From NCBI RefSeq assembly GCF_009834535.1, contig NC_045697.1, forward strand, positions 84,694,001 to 84,758,000: a stretch of 64,000 bases of DNA, written 5' to 3'. The notes below the pieces were generated by a model. It did not search any database, was not told the origin of the DNA, and saw only the letters and a program-made list of their open reading frames with translations. The position numbers and the translations under genes were made by a program. Source of the DNA: Camelus ferus (lineage: Eukaryota). Below are positions 25,258 through 39,800 of the stretch, piece by piece. Each line of letters starts with the position of its first letter. Position 1 is the stretch's first letter.

Positions 25258-28200
25258 TTTTAATTCTCAGTGGAGAAAGAGGCAAGATAGGGAAGTGGGG
25301 GAGGGCAAAGATAGGCAGACATGTTTTTTTTCAGCAGCCATTGTGGGAAATGGGAAAAGAAGTCAACCAAGGAGAAATAACAATACAGAGCATTTGTTTC
25401 TTGATAGATATTTATTGAGTGCTGTTTACCTCATGATGTGGTGCTGTGTGGCTACAAGAGGGAAAAGAAAACAGCCTTTCTTTGCCAGGCAGATCTAATT
25501 GGGGAGCTGATACACAAAAATAGCTGCAAATAAGGAGGTATGAGATGAAACCAAGTGAATGTAAGCAGCAAATGCGAAACAAATTCAAAGATGACTGTGG
25601 GACTGTCTCTTGGAGAACAAGAACTTAAAGAGTGCTTGGAGCTTCGGCTGGCAGAGAGGGGTGGTGGCCTTGGGAAGGGTTTAATGGAGACCATTAAGTC
25701 CAGTTTGGGTCATAAAGGAAAAGCAAGGAAATAACCTTTTTAGATGTAGCCGTGTAAGTAGGATATTATAGGCACAGAACTTGAAAATCAAGGACCAAAA
25801 GTGTTTTAAGCACCAAACTAGCTCACTTTTACCCAGGACATGGTCTTCATGTAATTAGATCACATTTTGGTCCTTTTTCTAGAGAGTCTGGTGTAGCAGG
25901 CTAAAAATATTGGACTTTACCCAGGACATTAGAGAACCACTGAAGGTTTTTGAACTTGGGAACAATACACAGTGATGTTTTAAGAACATTATAATAGCTG
26001 ACTTAAAGTACAGACTGCAAAGCTATAGTAACGGTCAAGACATGAAACGCTCAAGAGTATTTGTTTATTTGTTCAGTTTAAATTCCTGTGAGTGCTGTAA
26101 TTACCAGGAGAATCCCTGGTTTTGCCTCATTATCTTGGATTTATCAATTTCCCCATTTTTATCCTTACCAAAGACACCTTTGGTGTCTTTGATTTGGTTC
26201 TTTAATTCTCCCAAATTTTCAGTCATTTAACAAATCTCCTATCCTTTCCTCTTGATCATATTTGCTCTATCTTCTGCTGCTCTTTTTGTATGAGTGAGCT
26301 GTCCTGTTCTCTGTCCTGACTTTATTCAGACACTAGGCCTGCACATTTCAACCTCACTGTGAGAATCCCAACAAACTGATGAGCTGTACCATTCAGTTCC
26401 TAATGTCACTGATACATTCCATAATATTTGCTAAGCTTGAATGGCCACTAGTGCTTGATATCATTTTATTATATAAGTTCAACAAAGTAGTTCTGCCTTT
26501 TTTTGGTATGACCAGCACATGAGCATATTGAATTTCGTGTGCTTATATTTGTGAGTGGACGGTAGCTCTAGGAAACCTAGATGTTTTTACCATTTTTACA
26601 AAGTTTTCACTCAATTTTAATTAAATTTGAAAGTCATTAAAATTAAGATCAGAAAATTACACACATTACTTTGGTTTTTATACTGTCTTTATAACATCAA
26701 AGTATTGCTGTTGGTTGCTATTTGAATAAAATGTTTTCTATTTAAAAATTATCCATTTCTGCTTTCTCTTACAGTGACTTAGTATCCAAAAAATAGTGGA
26801 TATTAAAATGTGTGAGATGAAAAGGCATCAAGGGTGAAAATGAATAGAAAGAAGTCTTGGTCCTGGAATATGGATATAACTGCACACATAGTAGGACCCC
26901 TATGCCATTTGAATCTATAGTAATCACCCTCTAAAAGCATCATTAGAATAGTTTGTAAGTCTTGAAATTATTTTTAAGTTACTTAAGGCTTTAGAAAGTA
27001 GAAGTTTTAAGTAATTAGTGCTTAATGTGAATTGTACTGAAGGCAATAAGAAAACATCAAGTTGTTAAACGGCCTTTTTCATTATGAGATAATTTATGAA
27101 TGATTCAGTCCTGTCCTTCTGCTTGAACACTTCTACTTGAAACCTTTTTTCTTTAGTGAAAGAGGACAATCAAATTTCGTTTTATCTTGAAAGTTCAAGA
27201 ATGGGTTAAAAAATGAATAGAAGGAAGTCTTTACTTCTGGAAAATGAATCTAATTTTGAAGTTCAACTGGAATAAGCAATTGCTAAATTTTGTATGAAAA
27301 TTATATGTAACTTCATAATTAACTGATTATTTGATCTATTAAATAAACAAAACATAATGTTTCTTAAAGCCTATGAATAAATACTTCTTTCCAAGCATGA
27401 CAAATTAAGTGAAAACAGAGGGAGTGAACAAAAATGGGAGGGGGTCAGGGATCTGTATCTGCATGGAGGAAGAGGGCAGTACTTTTGGGGAGTGCAATTT
27501 ACATGAGCATCTGGGTCTTTTGTCATGTTTTGGATGGATGACCTAAGTCTGATATACTGATGAATAGCATTAACAAAGGTCTAGTTGTCAAAGGCTAGGA
27601 AGAAAAATGCAATTAGCCACAGCAATGAGGTGATGTCTGTGTTTGGGAGAGAAATGGTTACCTAACTGGCTATAGGAAACACTGAAATGATACCGTCAGT
27701 AAAAGGCTGGATTTGTGTGTGTGGGGGGCTGGTATCTGTTATATAGTGATCTTAATTCAGTGGAATATGACCAAAAAAGTTTTTTGGGGGGTTAATATTT
27801 GGTTTATGTGCTGAAAGTGGATATGTACTTGTTACTAATGAAATGACACATTAATCTCAATACATTTGTAATTAATAACACGCTAATTTCACCAACCTGC
27901 CATTTGCAATGCTATTTGTTTCTATTTAAAGAAAAAAATAGAATTAAATAAAAGTGCACTGGAGTTCAAAAGAAGTTTGCTCTTTTTTGGTTTAACTTTT
28001 TTTTTTTTCTTTATAAACTGTGCCATCCAGAGTAGAGAACCATATCTAATCTCCCAATTAGGTCAGGCCCTAGGATAATCAATCTCTTTAACAGCAGATG
28101 CCTTGTTTTAGCAAATGAATGCTTGGTTTCAAAAGAAGTTTTGTGTTGAGAGAGGAGTGCAGTTGGCATGGGTGATTAGAACTCTTTTAAACCCTATAAA

Positions 28201-30509
28201 AAGCTTCTGTAGATTGTTTTATCCCCACACTTTGGGAACTGAAGTAAATGCTGTATATATCCATCTTAAAATGAACATGGTGGGGAGTTTCTACAGCCTG
28301 TGAGAACATCTACATGCATATAAATGGACTTACTTGAAGTTCAAAGTATTTTAATGCCCATTTGAATTACACTGTGATTTTGATAACATCTAAAACTAGT
28401 GTATATTTTTTCAGTATGGTGCTCTTTGTATTTATTAAGTAAGCTCCTTATGGTAATAACTTAATTAATAGATTAGCATTTTTTAGACCGAAAATACAGT
28501 AAGTTAACATGATTCTCATATTTACTTTTTGGACTACCTTAATACTAGTTTGTGAATGCCCTTCTTCATATCTGATGCTTTTTCAGTTCATAGTCATACC
28601 ATATGCACATGGGCAGTGTGTAAGACAACTTTGAAATCAAGAAGAAATAATTTAAAATTAAAGTTTATAAGCAATGTGTATTAAGTTAAAACTATAGATT
28701 GAATTAATTTTGCTCACAATTCAACTCATTTAATCTAAAGTCTTGAAATATAGTGAAATATTTTTCAGTATGGTACAACGAAAAATTCTAAGGCTTTAGT
28801 AAATTATTTTAGATAATCATTGCTCAAAATTTGATTGCTGGAACTCATCAGTGATGCCTGAAAGTGATACATAAGATAATTCAGGAGGCCACAAATTACT
28901 TACTGCCTTTTTTTAAGGAGGACAGATTACATAATTAAAAGCATAACATTGAAACATTTGCAAAGTAGTCAAGAAAAAAGCATTTACCAACATATTTTGG
29001 ATATTACTATTCCAACTTTATTGTATAATGGTCAGTTCTACCAATTTTTCTCCCTTTTTAAAAATTGTTTCAATCATGACTAATCTTTGGAAAGTAAATA
29101 TTTTTCAGTGAAGGCTGATAAAACATCTGAAGAAAAATTAAAAGCGGATGGTCTTTAAGAAACATTAATGCTAATTACTGCTTACTTTTCACACAACTTA
29201 AATGTCAGTAAATGTATAGGATTACATTATTTTTTCAAGTAAGGTTTTAAGGCTAAATTGGTAGGTAAGGCAGTGAAACTAGATTTTAAAATACAGCCAT
29301 TCTTAATAATAACAAATACCAAAAAAGAACTGTGATGTTCATTTGTACTTATTCTACTGTATAACAGCATTTTAATATGATTAATAGAATGGCTTCTGTA
29401 TATAAGGAACTTCTGTATATTAAAAAATTCAACTGGAAGACAGTTTAATGTCCAGATTCATTACTCAGCTACATTTTAGATTTAAAACTTAATTATTGTA
29501 GCAGGTCAGGCAGTATACATTTGATTTAATGAAATTAACACATAGGTTTACACAATAGTTTTCTTACTTAGATCTCAATGATTTTCAGAATCCAGAGATT
29601 TCCCCACATTGTACTCATTGCAGTTGGTAATTATTTATTTGCACAATCAGTTGATTAATAGCTGCTTCTCTCACTACACTGTTAGCTCTAAGAAGGAAAG
29701 GTCTGAGCCAGCTTTCCCACCTCATAGCCAGGACCTTCAGCATAGTCTTTGGCATGTGATAGAAACTCTTTAAGAGGTGCGGAATATATGTTAGAATATG
29801 ACTGAGCATTTAGTGCACTTTGGATTCCACAGAATATTTTCCTGTACATTTTATATTTTGGGGTTCTCCATCCTTCTTCAAGTTGGCTTTTGTGATAATT
29901 CTCAGTTCTTGTTTCTTTCTCACCTCCTTGGCTGTTCCATTTCTATCTCCCTTCATGACTTTTGTTTTAATTTCTAGTTCCTTAAGGCAAGCATTAAATT
30001 CTGCCTTGCCCTTTACTGTTTTTCTCTTTTATACACGTTCTCTCAATTAACCATGACCTCTGATTCTCAAATCTGAATCTCTAATCCCAGTCTCTCCCTC
30101 AAACCATGGTTGGCATCTTCTAGGTATTCTCTATACATTTCCAAACAGGCATCCATCTTTAAAGCCAATAGATACATGACTAAATTCACCGTCTTTCATC
30201 CTATATCAATTATGCCTTGTGCTTCTCTGTCCCAGGAGAAGCACTGCTTTTCCTCTTTTTGCTCTTCCTTCATCTTTGCTTTCATGGAGACCTATCCAGT
30301 CTGTCTCTCACTCAGGGTCCATGGTTTCATCCCAGTTGCCATCACACTAGCTGACCCCTTGGCTGTCTCATGTCTGTCCTTTGGTTATGGCCTTTATACT
30401 TCCCCTTCTCTGTGCTGATTTACTTGGCTGTAATATGTCTTGTACACTGGCACCATGGTAACTTTTCTAAATCATTGCTTTCACCACATAATTTTTCTCT
30501 TAAAAATTT

Positions 30510-30845
30510 TTGGTCAATTCATAATTTGAACATTGCCTGTGTATTTGATGATATTAAGGAATTATTATTTTTTAGATTTGATAGTGGTATTGAGATTGTA
30601 TTAAAAGAAAAACAGGTCCTTATATTTTATACATGCTTACTGAAATGTTTATGAATAATTGATGTGATGCCTGGGATTTGATTCAAAGCACATGGAGTGA
30701 GAATACATGGATGGGAGTATAGACAGACTAAGACAGGCCAGAGCTGATGCTCACTGAGACTAGATGATGGGTACATGGAGGTTCACTATACAGTTCTTTA
30801 TAATCTTGCATATGTTTGAAATTTTGCATAATAAAAAATTTTATT
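30510..30845 (+). mobile_element. Old L1 (L1MC/L1ME-type) 3' end
   Basis: gatgatattaaggaatta..ctgggatttgattcaaa..gatgggtacatggaggttcactata..tatgtttgaaatttt..ataataaaa. Confidence 0.75.
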
Positions 30846-31009
30846 TTAAATCAACTCTAGTTCTTTAAGTGCTCATAAAATAAAGTCCAAGCTCTTTATT
30901 TAGAAGTTCAAAGCCACAAGTCAATCCCAGTCTGTCTTCCCAGTGTCACTGGCCAATGTCCACTACATATGTCCTCTGCTGACAGAGCAGATCTGCAGAC
31001 TCTCTCTAT

Positions 31010-32445
31010 GGGAGTCTCTAATAAGAGATGTGCCTTTTTCTAAATGTCCCATTTTCATAACTTTGGACCCTTAACACTTTTCAAATTCAGCAGCTCCTTT
31101 TCCTGCTTCTTTTCTCCGGTTTGAAGGCTAATTTGTATTCTCTAGTCTCTGTTCCCTGTGCTCTTCTTTTATAGCTTGCTTTCCTGCCCTTTTATTTTCT
31201 TTGCTTTCATTTTTAGAGTGTGGTTGAGTTGATACCTTAGGCAGACCACTGTCATTAATCATCTGCACTTATTAGCTTGCTTTGCTGTGAGTCCTTTCTT
31301 TGGTAAACAGCTAAGAGGTATTCTTATTTTAGTAAATATTTAGATTTGCTCAGGCTTTGATTGATACTTGATAAGCTAAGGATGGTTGAATAAATGTGAG
31401 CATGTGCTGCAAATGGATTCACAATCCCACTTCTCTTTTGCTTCTTCTAGAATAATAGAAAGCGTCTCTTCATCCTCAGACCATCAGTCTCATTTACTGG
31501 CACACTTCATCCTCAAAGTTGTAAAGTGTTTTCAAGTTTACACAATTCTCTGCCTTCTCTTTATGTTCGTCATTCAAAACTTCATGTAACCAATTGCTAC
31601 CTACATGAATGGAATCCTCCAATTTGGCATTATCCAGAGCACCAATCTTATCATCTTATTGCTCATAAAACTCAAACTGCTCATTTAGGGCCAGCTGTTC
31701 ATTTTTCTCATGACTGAGAAAGTAGTAGAATTCTCTATGAAGTGATTTTTTATTTCTCTGAAATGGCTTCCTATGACTCCGTGAGATTTGTCCAGCCAGA
31801 TAAATCATCTTCATTTGAGAATGGGCTTTACAAATCAGAACCATCATTCCTCCCATCACTTTTCTTCTCATCCATATCTTCCTACTCACTGCCATTTTCA
31901 GCTTCAGATATCTGTACATCCATTCCCACTTCCCCTCTTGTTCCCCCAAAAGTCTGGAAGATAAAATCATCTTCACATGGACTCTCTGGATCATCAAAGT
32001 TGAAATCATCACCAAGAGCTGAAACAATGTCAGGATCCACATCCAGTCGGGGGCCCAAAATAAGAGCTTCTTTATTACCAATTCAATACCTTCCTTAAAC
32101 TCTGATGCAAATGCTGACTAAGGCACTTAATTCTGGGGCCTAGAATTCCTTTAAGTTTCTTCTTTCTCCTCTCTCCAGTTAGGTGCACTAAAGGTATTTT
32201 GGATTTCAGCATGGAGGGCCCAGATGATTCTTCCAAGTGCTGTAGGCAGTTATCATCATCATCAAAGAGCTCTTCAGACTTCCTCTGTTTTGCTCACATC
32301 CTTCATCATTTGTTTTCTGTGTAGGCAACAGAACCCTCTGGGATGCATCTGCATCTGCTGCTAAAGACTCTGTGATTCAAATGGACCGTGTGGAAAGGAC
32401 ACAGTTTATCTCTCTATAAAGGGCTTCCCCTCATTCTATCGCTGT
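31010..32445 (-). pseudogene. LTV1: Processed pseudogene of LTV1 (40S ribosome biogenesis factor), near full-length, many stops and frameshifts
   Basis: Colinear, intronless minus-strand peptides: KPFIE (~32425), QRVLLPTQK, FDDDDNCLQHLEESSGPS, GPRLDVDPDIVSALGDDFNFDDPE (~32055-31985), NEQLALNEQFEFYEQ*DDKIGALDNAKLEDSIHV, LEEAKEKWDCESICSTCSHLFNHP*LIKYQ, ELLNLKSVKGPKL* (stop 31057-31055). All match the mammalian LTV1 sequence as I recall it. Confidence 0.92.
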
Positions 32446-33979
32446 GAACAGTGACCTGAAGGTCCCAGAGCAGGTGACACATCTTGGAATTGGACAAGGC
32501 CCAGATAGCAGCCACGTCTTAAGGCTGTGCCATACATCTACCCTCAGACTTCAAAGTACAGGTCTGAGGAATTGGCTCGGAGACATGATAAAAGCTACAA
32601 ATATTATTTTACCCAACAATGCCTAGAAACACCTCATCTCTGCCTCAGCCACGCCTGCAAGGTCAGCCAAAGCTGTCAAAATAGTCTCGGATTACCTGTC
32701 TGACTACATGCCCACTCAGGCGTGAAAGCCCACATGGCCTAACACAGTACAGCCCCGGCCTTGAGCAGAACATCACTTTCCCATGCTATTTTGTCCCCTC
32801 CCTCATCCTTTTCTTATTTATTTCTCAAGATTCCCTATTCATTTACCAAGATGTTGGAGTCTGAGTGGATCAATAAGTACTACTCCTTTCTTCCCATCCT
32901 GAGTCTGGAACCAACCCAGAGACAGATGTAGGCTCTCAAAAGAAGAAAACTTAATAGGTCACTTTTACTAAACAGAAAGCTGATTTCTAGAATCAGAGTA
33001 TTCCAGACATTGTTCTTTTAAATTAAACTCTTAACCTCTGGATTCCATATGACCACTGAGTGGTATTTCTCCCTTACTTAACTCAAAAATGTGATTTATT
33101 CTTTCATAATATAAACCTCCACTAATTGTTATTTGTTCATTAGTAAGTCTACTAATTTTACCTAGTTAAACTGGGATTTCTTGAGACCTATAGCTAAATA
33201 GTTATGAACCTCCAATTTAGACAGGGTTACCTACTTTGCCATTGGCACAGCTGACAAGCACAAGCCTCCGTCTTAGGGCAGGTCTCTGACTCCATCACAG
33301 AGAGCTGTGCATGGCTCCCAGGTCAGGTTGTCATTGAAGGAAGAGTGGCTCATACTGAATGGCCCAGATGTTCCTCCCAAACTTTCCTGTCAGGTACATC
33401 TTTCCACACCTGGTTGGAGCAGAAGTCAGAAAGGTTGCTTCAGTGGATGAACTTCTACATACAACCTGAAGCCAGGTAAATGGAACTCCCCTCCCAGTAG
33501 ATGTATTCTCTATCCATCAATATGTGAGAGGTAATTTCAGGGCCCCCATCCCTCCCCCAGTCTTAAGGCTGAGCTAGCCCAGAGGCAGCTGTTTCTGAAG
33601 GCTGAGCAATCCTCAGAGGAAAGTACCAGGAACATATCTAAGTCTCATCCCTGATGATAATTGCTATTGCGTTACAGATAACTGCTAGTCAGTGAAAAGG
33701 TTCAGATTTAGATAACAGAAAGTTTAGTTAGAAAGATCAAATCAAATTGCTTCCATTTGACTTTCATGTTTTTTTCCCTCTAGTTTGAATTACAAAACAG
33801 GAAATGGGAATGACCATTTGTTAGCATTATAATGTAGCAAGTAGAGAGAAAATTAAATTTTTGCAAATATAAATGAGTGCATTAAGAGCAAGAAATTACT
33901 ATTATGAAATCCCAAAATTAATGTGTTATCTTAGTTATACACAATATTCCTTTTCCTTCTTTTTAAATTTTGTCATCTA

Positions 33980-35070
33980 ATGGATTAATTGTGCCCTTTT
34001 TTGGATTCCATTTTACCTGCGTAGTTTATTAGCTGTAACTCTTTGCTTTATTACTTGCTAGGTTATTTTAAAGTGTGTATTATACATCTTTACTTCATCA
34101 CAGTCTACCTCCAAGTGATAGTTAGTATTTCACACACAGAATGAAGACTTTAAGTAGACTTCCATTACTTCCCTCTGCCTTTCTGCTCCTGTTGTCATAC
34201 GCTTCACTTCTAGATGTTATTAAGCACCTAATATATTATCATTTTCACTTTGAACAGTTGATTATATTTGAAATGTATATCGAAATATATTTAAATAATA
34301 ATTTAGAAACTTTCTTTATATTTACCCTCTTGATTACCAGATCCAATGGCTCTTACGTCCATTGAGGAGATACAAGTTTTCATCTGGTATCATTTTACTT
34401 GTGCTTGAAGGACTTTAACATTTTTTGTAGGGCTCACCTCAATTTTTCCCCGTCTCCAAAGGATTACTGTCCTTCATTGCCTGATATCCAATATTCTGAA
34501 TGATGTTGTTTCATGTGTTTTGTCTGTTTCTTCAGTTGTTTCAAGAAGGAATGTAAATCTAGCCTCTCTTAATCAATGTTGAATGAAAGTGGAAGTCCCA
34601 TTGGTTGATTTTTTTAATGTTGCCCCAGTCTTACATACTGGTATAAACTCCACTTGGTCATGAAGCACCATTCTTTTTATTTATTGCTGGACTGGGTTTG
34701 CTAATAGTTTGTTGAAGAATTTTACATCTGTTTTCATAATGGATATTAGTCTGTGCTTTTCTTTCCTCATAATATCTTTATCTGGTTTTGATGTCAGGGT
34801 AATGCTACTTTTATAAAATGAATTGGGAAGTATTTTCTCCTCTTCTAGTATCTGCAGCAAGTTGTGTATAATTTATTTTATTTCTTTTTTAAAGTTTGGG
34901 TAGAATTTACCAGTGAAAATATTTGAACCTGGAGTTTTCTTTGTTGGAAGGTTTTTAAGGAAAAATTCAATTTCTTTAATAGATACAGGACTGTTGAGAT
35001 TACCTTTTCCGTCTTGAGTGAGGTATGATACTTTGGGTCTTTTAAAGAATTGGTCAGTTTCATCAAAGTT
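33980..35070 (-). mobile_element. Old L1 fragments (3' UTR-type then ORF2-type)
   Basis: Antisense ORF2 motifs cacttggtcatg, ggatattagtctg, tctggttttgatgtcagggtaatgct, ggtagaatttaccagtgaa. Confidence 0.75.
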
Positions 35071-36659
35071 GCCAAGAGCAGTTTCTGGGGAATGGTGCAG
35101 GCAAAAACCAAACTGGAGTGGATTGAAGAAGATCTTTAGAGGAGTTTTTGTACAAAAAGTAGCACATAATGTGGTAGTTTCTGAAAAGAAGTCGGTTCAA
35201 GAGAAGTCTTTAAAATTTTTTTAATATAAAGAGAATAATATATGGTGATGAGAATAACCCAGTAGAAAATTCTTGCTGTCCATTGTTTAATTCATATGAT
35301 TAGTGTGCAATCAAATGGGATAAAAGATATACAAACTGATTTTAAATTGCCGAGTGGTATGTGAAGAGAGTTTTAATATGAATTTAGTGCACATTCTTGA
35401 TCTTTCATCCTTGCATCCTAGATCAAGGCAGATAACTGAGTATATCTAGTCAAGAACTTCTCCATCAGCTTGAAAAAACAAGCTTCTGGGAAACTGATGG
35501 TTTTCAGGCCTAATTCCAAATGAGAGTTATTATAGTTGAGGGGGAAGATGTTTTATTATACATTACTACTGTCTCCTGTTTTCCCATTTACTTTTCCACA
35601 ACTTGATATTTTATTTCTAAAATGGGAAATGAAAAATTATGCTGATAACTTATACTCAGTTGTGAAAATAGGCACTGAGTGGAGCCAACAAGGTACTCTA
35701 ATGCCCTTAGAAGAAGGGGGAGAGTCTCAGCAGCTGGTATGCAAACAGTTATACAGGAGACAGGGATTGAGAGATGAACCCTGCTGACTGAGATCAACAA
35801 ATTATCTTTGATTTGGAGCCAGTCATCATGCAAAGAGCTGGGACAAAAGTGAGCTCGGCAAAGCATACCATAAATGCAAAATCCTGAGGGGGAGAAACGT
35901 CATGTTACTTAATGCATAGTGCGACAGAATACAGTGATGGTGGAGTGTGTTAGAAGATGGGATCTCAGATACAAGACAGGGTCCAAATTATTAGGGATTT
36001 GGGAGCTATGGTTTAAAAAATTGCATTTTATTATATAGTTGATACTAAATAGAGGATTTCTATTTTTAAACGATCACTTAGGCTGCTGCATAGAAGATGG
36101 ACTGCAGCAAGAATAGAGGCTGATAGACTATTGTGGTAATTCATAAGATGGTGGTGTTATACATTAGGGTGGAGATGAAGTGAAGTAGGTGGATTTGGGG
36201 TATATTTTGGAGGTAGAACTCAAAATCTGAAATTATACTGATGTTAGGGTTCTTCTGCAGCTTACTCATCATATGACTTTGACCAGATTTAAAAAACCTC
36301 TTTTACATTGTTTCTCATCTGTAGAATGGGGATTATGGGAATATTAAATAACACATATAAAATATGAAGTGTATACTATGATGTCTGACATGTAGCAGTC
36401 ATTTAATAAATAGTAGCCATCTTTCCTATGTTTTTGTAGCCCTGTAAGTGATCTTCCTGGGTCCAGTTCTCTCTCCATACAAACATTTCTCTACATTGCC
36501 ACCAAGACTATCCTGTAATTCACAGATTACATCACTCCATTGTTTAAGAAACCCTTTAAATCCTTCTAATCAGCATAAACTTAATGGCATATATCAAGGA
36601 CACTCATCTGTCTTTTCATCTCTCACATCATTTTTCTCCCCTTTACCATAGACTCCGGA

Positions 36660-36810
36660 CTAGTGTTTCGTAAATTTTAATGTGCCTACAGCTCACCAGG
36701 GATCTTATTAAAATGCAGACCCTACTTTAGAAGATCTGAGGTTCTGCATTCCTAACAAGCTTCCAGGGGATGCTGCTTCTGCTGGTCCCTGGGCCACACT
36801 TTGAGAAGCA
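36660..36810. mobile_element. MER5A-like hAT MITE within an L2 remnant
   Basis: caccagggatcttattaaaatgcaga..tctgcattcctaacaagct..ccacactttgagaagca. Confidence 0.75.
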
Positions 36811-39800
36811 TAGGTCTAGAGTATTTAATGTCCCTGAAGGTTACTTTGTGTTCCTGCAACTTTGGCTCTTCTCATCAGTCTGGTCTCACTGTCAGGACTG
36901 ACCTTTCGTTATTTCTCAGCTTAATGAAATCATTCTCATCTTTCAAGGTCTATCTAGCTCAAAGGTCACTTTCTCTAAGAAATGTTCTTCAAACATCCAT
37001 TTTATTCACCATCACAGCTTCCCAAATGTTTGTTTTCTCTATTCCCGACAGTATTTTGTAAATAGATTTATCACAGCATGTATCCTTTTGCACTACTGCT
37101 GATATTTAGATCAGCGGTCTTGTCAGATGGTGCTCCGTAAGGTCAAGCAGGTGTCTCTGTTTCTTTCTTAAGTTGCACAGCTCCCTGTGCAGAGGGCACT
37201 TGGCAGGCGCTCAGTAAATATTTCTTGAATAAATGAAACTTTTGAAAAGTGGTGAATCACTCTGTACAGTAAATGTTATTCCAAGTAAATTAAAAAGTTT
37301 TTTTTTACCTTAAATTATTGATTTTGCATTTCTTTATGTAAAATACTACCTTTTCTTCTTAAATTTTCTTCAGTGTTCTAGCTGGTCACCCAGAGCAATA
37401 ATATATACATAATATATATCTATTAACTCTTAACAGAGCAATATATCTTTTTGAGGTTGGAAAGCCTCTGGCTTTCTATTAACTAATGCCAAGCTAAAAT
37501 TTATAAAGATTATGCACACTGTGACTAATGATTTTTTTCTGACTGTGCTACCAGAGAGTAATATGGTTAAATTTTTTGCCTGAAGCTGGTGAGAAATGAG
37601 AAAAAGAGTGGGAATATAACTGCCTTTTAAACATTTAAATTATATAAAAAGAATAGGAATGCTACTTAATATATGTTTTAATATTTATAGCCAAATCCAA
37701 AAATTTTATTTCAAACTTTTAAGAAATTATATTTATCTAATAGAGTAATTTGACTTGCATTGAATGAAAAGTTTCTTAAGGAGATGCATGTACAGTTACA
37801 CCCATTTCTCAAGAATTCTTTAGCCTTTATGAAATTTTCTCAAGAAGAGAAATCAGGTTAACCCTCCAACCCCACCCTACCAGGTTCCCAACCTGGGAAA
37901 ATCTCTTCAAAGTCTTAAAACTCCTTGCTTACTTTGTAACATAAAATGAGCACATTCTCTAAAATGGCTAAGCTGGAGCTATGTATAGCCATCAAAGCTT
38001 GGGCAGCTCTGTTCTCAGGGCTGATGAATTGTGTTTTCCATATGCACAACTCTTGGTGTTGCTGATTTCAGTTAAGTAGACTTTCAAATTTTAATTTGCA
38101 TAGCATTAACACTTTCCCCTGAGAAGTGACAGTTTTATGGAGACATTTCCTTGTCTGTTCTCATGCAATTAAAAAAAAATCCACGGGGCATTCATTAACA
38201 CTTCTAAAAGTGATAGGCTCTGTTTTTATGCCATTTTCATTTGCACTGCTTTTGATTTTGCCATAACTAATCAAAAGGGAATTTAGGGTAATATAAACAA
38301 TGCTTTTTGGCTATACTAGAAGCTATTTTTTGTCTGATAAAGATGAAAAGTCTACAAGGTCTCTTGGACAAAGGATAAGGATGTACTTTTTATGACTTGA
38401 CTCTCAAGAGGCCTCCTAGTCTATTATGTTTGAGGTGCCTGCCTTTGTGGAACTTTCTAGAGTAGCTTCTACTACCTAGCATCCTGTCCTCCTACCTCAG
38501 CCCCGTACCCTTAAGTAAATCACTTTAAAAGGAAGGTTTTCAACTGAGTCTTGAAATAGGAATATGATTCTAGTATTAGGAGGGAAGGTAGTTGGTAATG
38601 GCTGGTTAAGAAAGAATTGTCAGCCAAAGCCCAGATGTAGGGAGAAAGTTAGTAACATTCCGGTGGCAGCTCAGTGACCAGCTTTGTTGAATAATAATAG
38701 ATAATTGAAAAAGGAAAACTTGAGACAGATTTTTGAGAAACCTCAATTTGTAGCAAGTTGTTCGGAGTTCAATCAGTACATATTGCTAAGTTGTTAAAGT
38801 TTTTTTTTTTTTCTCTAATAGCAGGATGATGGCCATATTAAATTTGGATGGGCATAGATATACGATATCCTGGGCCTACAGTAATTCTCAACCTGCTAGG
38901 AAAGGAGGAAAACACAGTAGATGAAACGGAACCTTAGCAACCCAACCCACATGTATAGTCTGGTTTATGGCAGGCTCACAAGCTCCAGCAGTTAAGTGGG
39001 AAGTTATAGTGACAGGAATCATTCTTTCTCCTGGAGAATAGCAGTAAACCATATTAAATAGCAATTTTGGAATTCAGGAAGGTCACAGTGCTTGTCACAA
39101 AGTCCTCCCATTTGGTAGATCCCTTGCCAGCAGGGGACAAGTAATCAGATGAAGAAAGAGCTTATCACGATTGAGGCAGAGAACTAGGAGCCCCTATTAC
39201 TTGCTGGGGTTCAAAAATAGGATTCCAACTCTGTCGTTTGTGTGGTGGGTGGAATAGGTTGATTGTGGGACTGGGATTTTAGGCTAATTAACTTGGCAGA
39301 AAATAGAAAGAAGGAAAGAGCCAGACACTCGGTCTGATGGATTAGGCGAGCAGAATCTGGCTCCATGATCACCCCAAGCTGAGTCCTCTTTTGCTGGACC
39401 CTGATTTTGGTTGGTGATGAAGGAGGCTCTAGGCTTGAGGAAATCCAGCTGTCAGTGCTGGATCATAGTGTCTGGAGAGGCTAATATGTTAGTGTTACTG
39501 AGGTTGTAAACTGCAGTGGGGCTAAGCCTGCAGTAAGCAATTGAGTCAGCTTTAGGGGAAGAAGCAAAGAAAATGAATCAGGGCGTAGCAGATGTTTCAT
39601 ATAATGTCTGTCCCTGTGGAAAACTCTTTAGTAGCCTTTATAATAATATCCAAATGCAATGGCCTACTATTCAAGTCTCTATCCAATACAGATTAAATGC
39701 CTTTGTCCTATATTATCTCTTACACTTCTCTACATGGATTTTCCACCACAAGCAGTTTAATTTACACACTACTCTCATATACCTCATACTTCTCATTTTC

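Noticed and set aside
31656..32098. 141-aa (-) and 118-aa Ser-rich (+) ORFs
   Set aside because: Mostly off-frame and antisense readings of the acidic LTV1 pseudogene.
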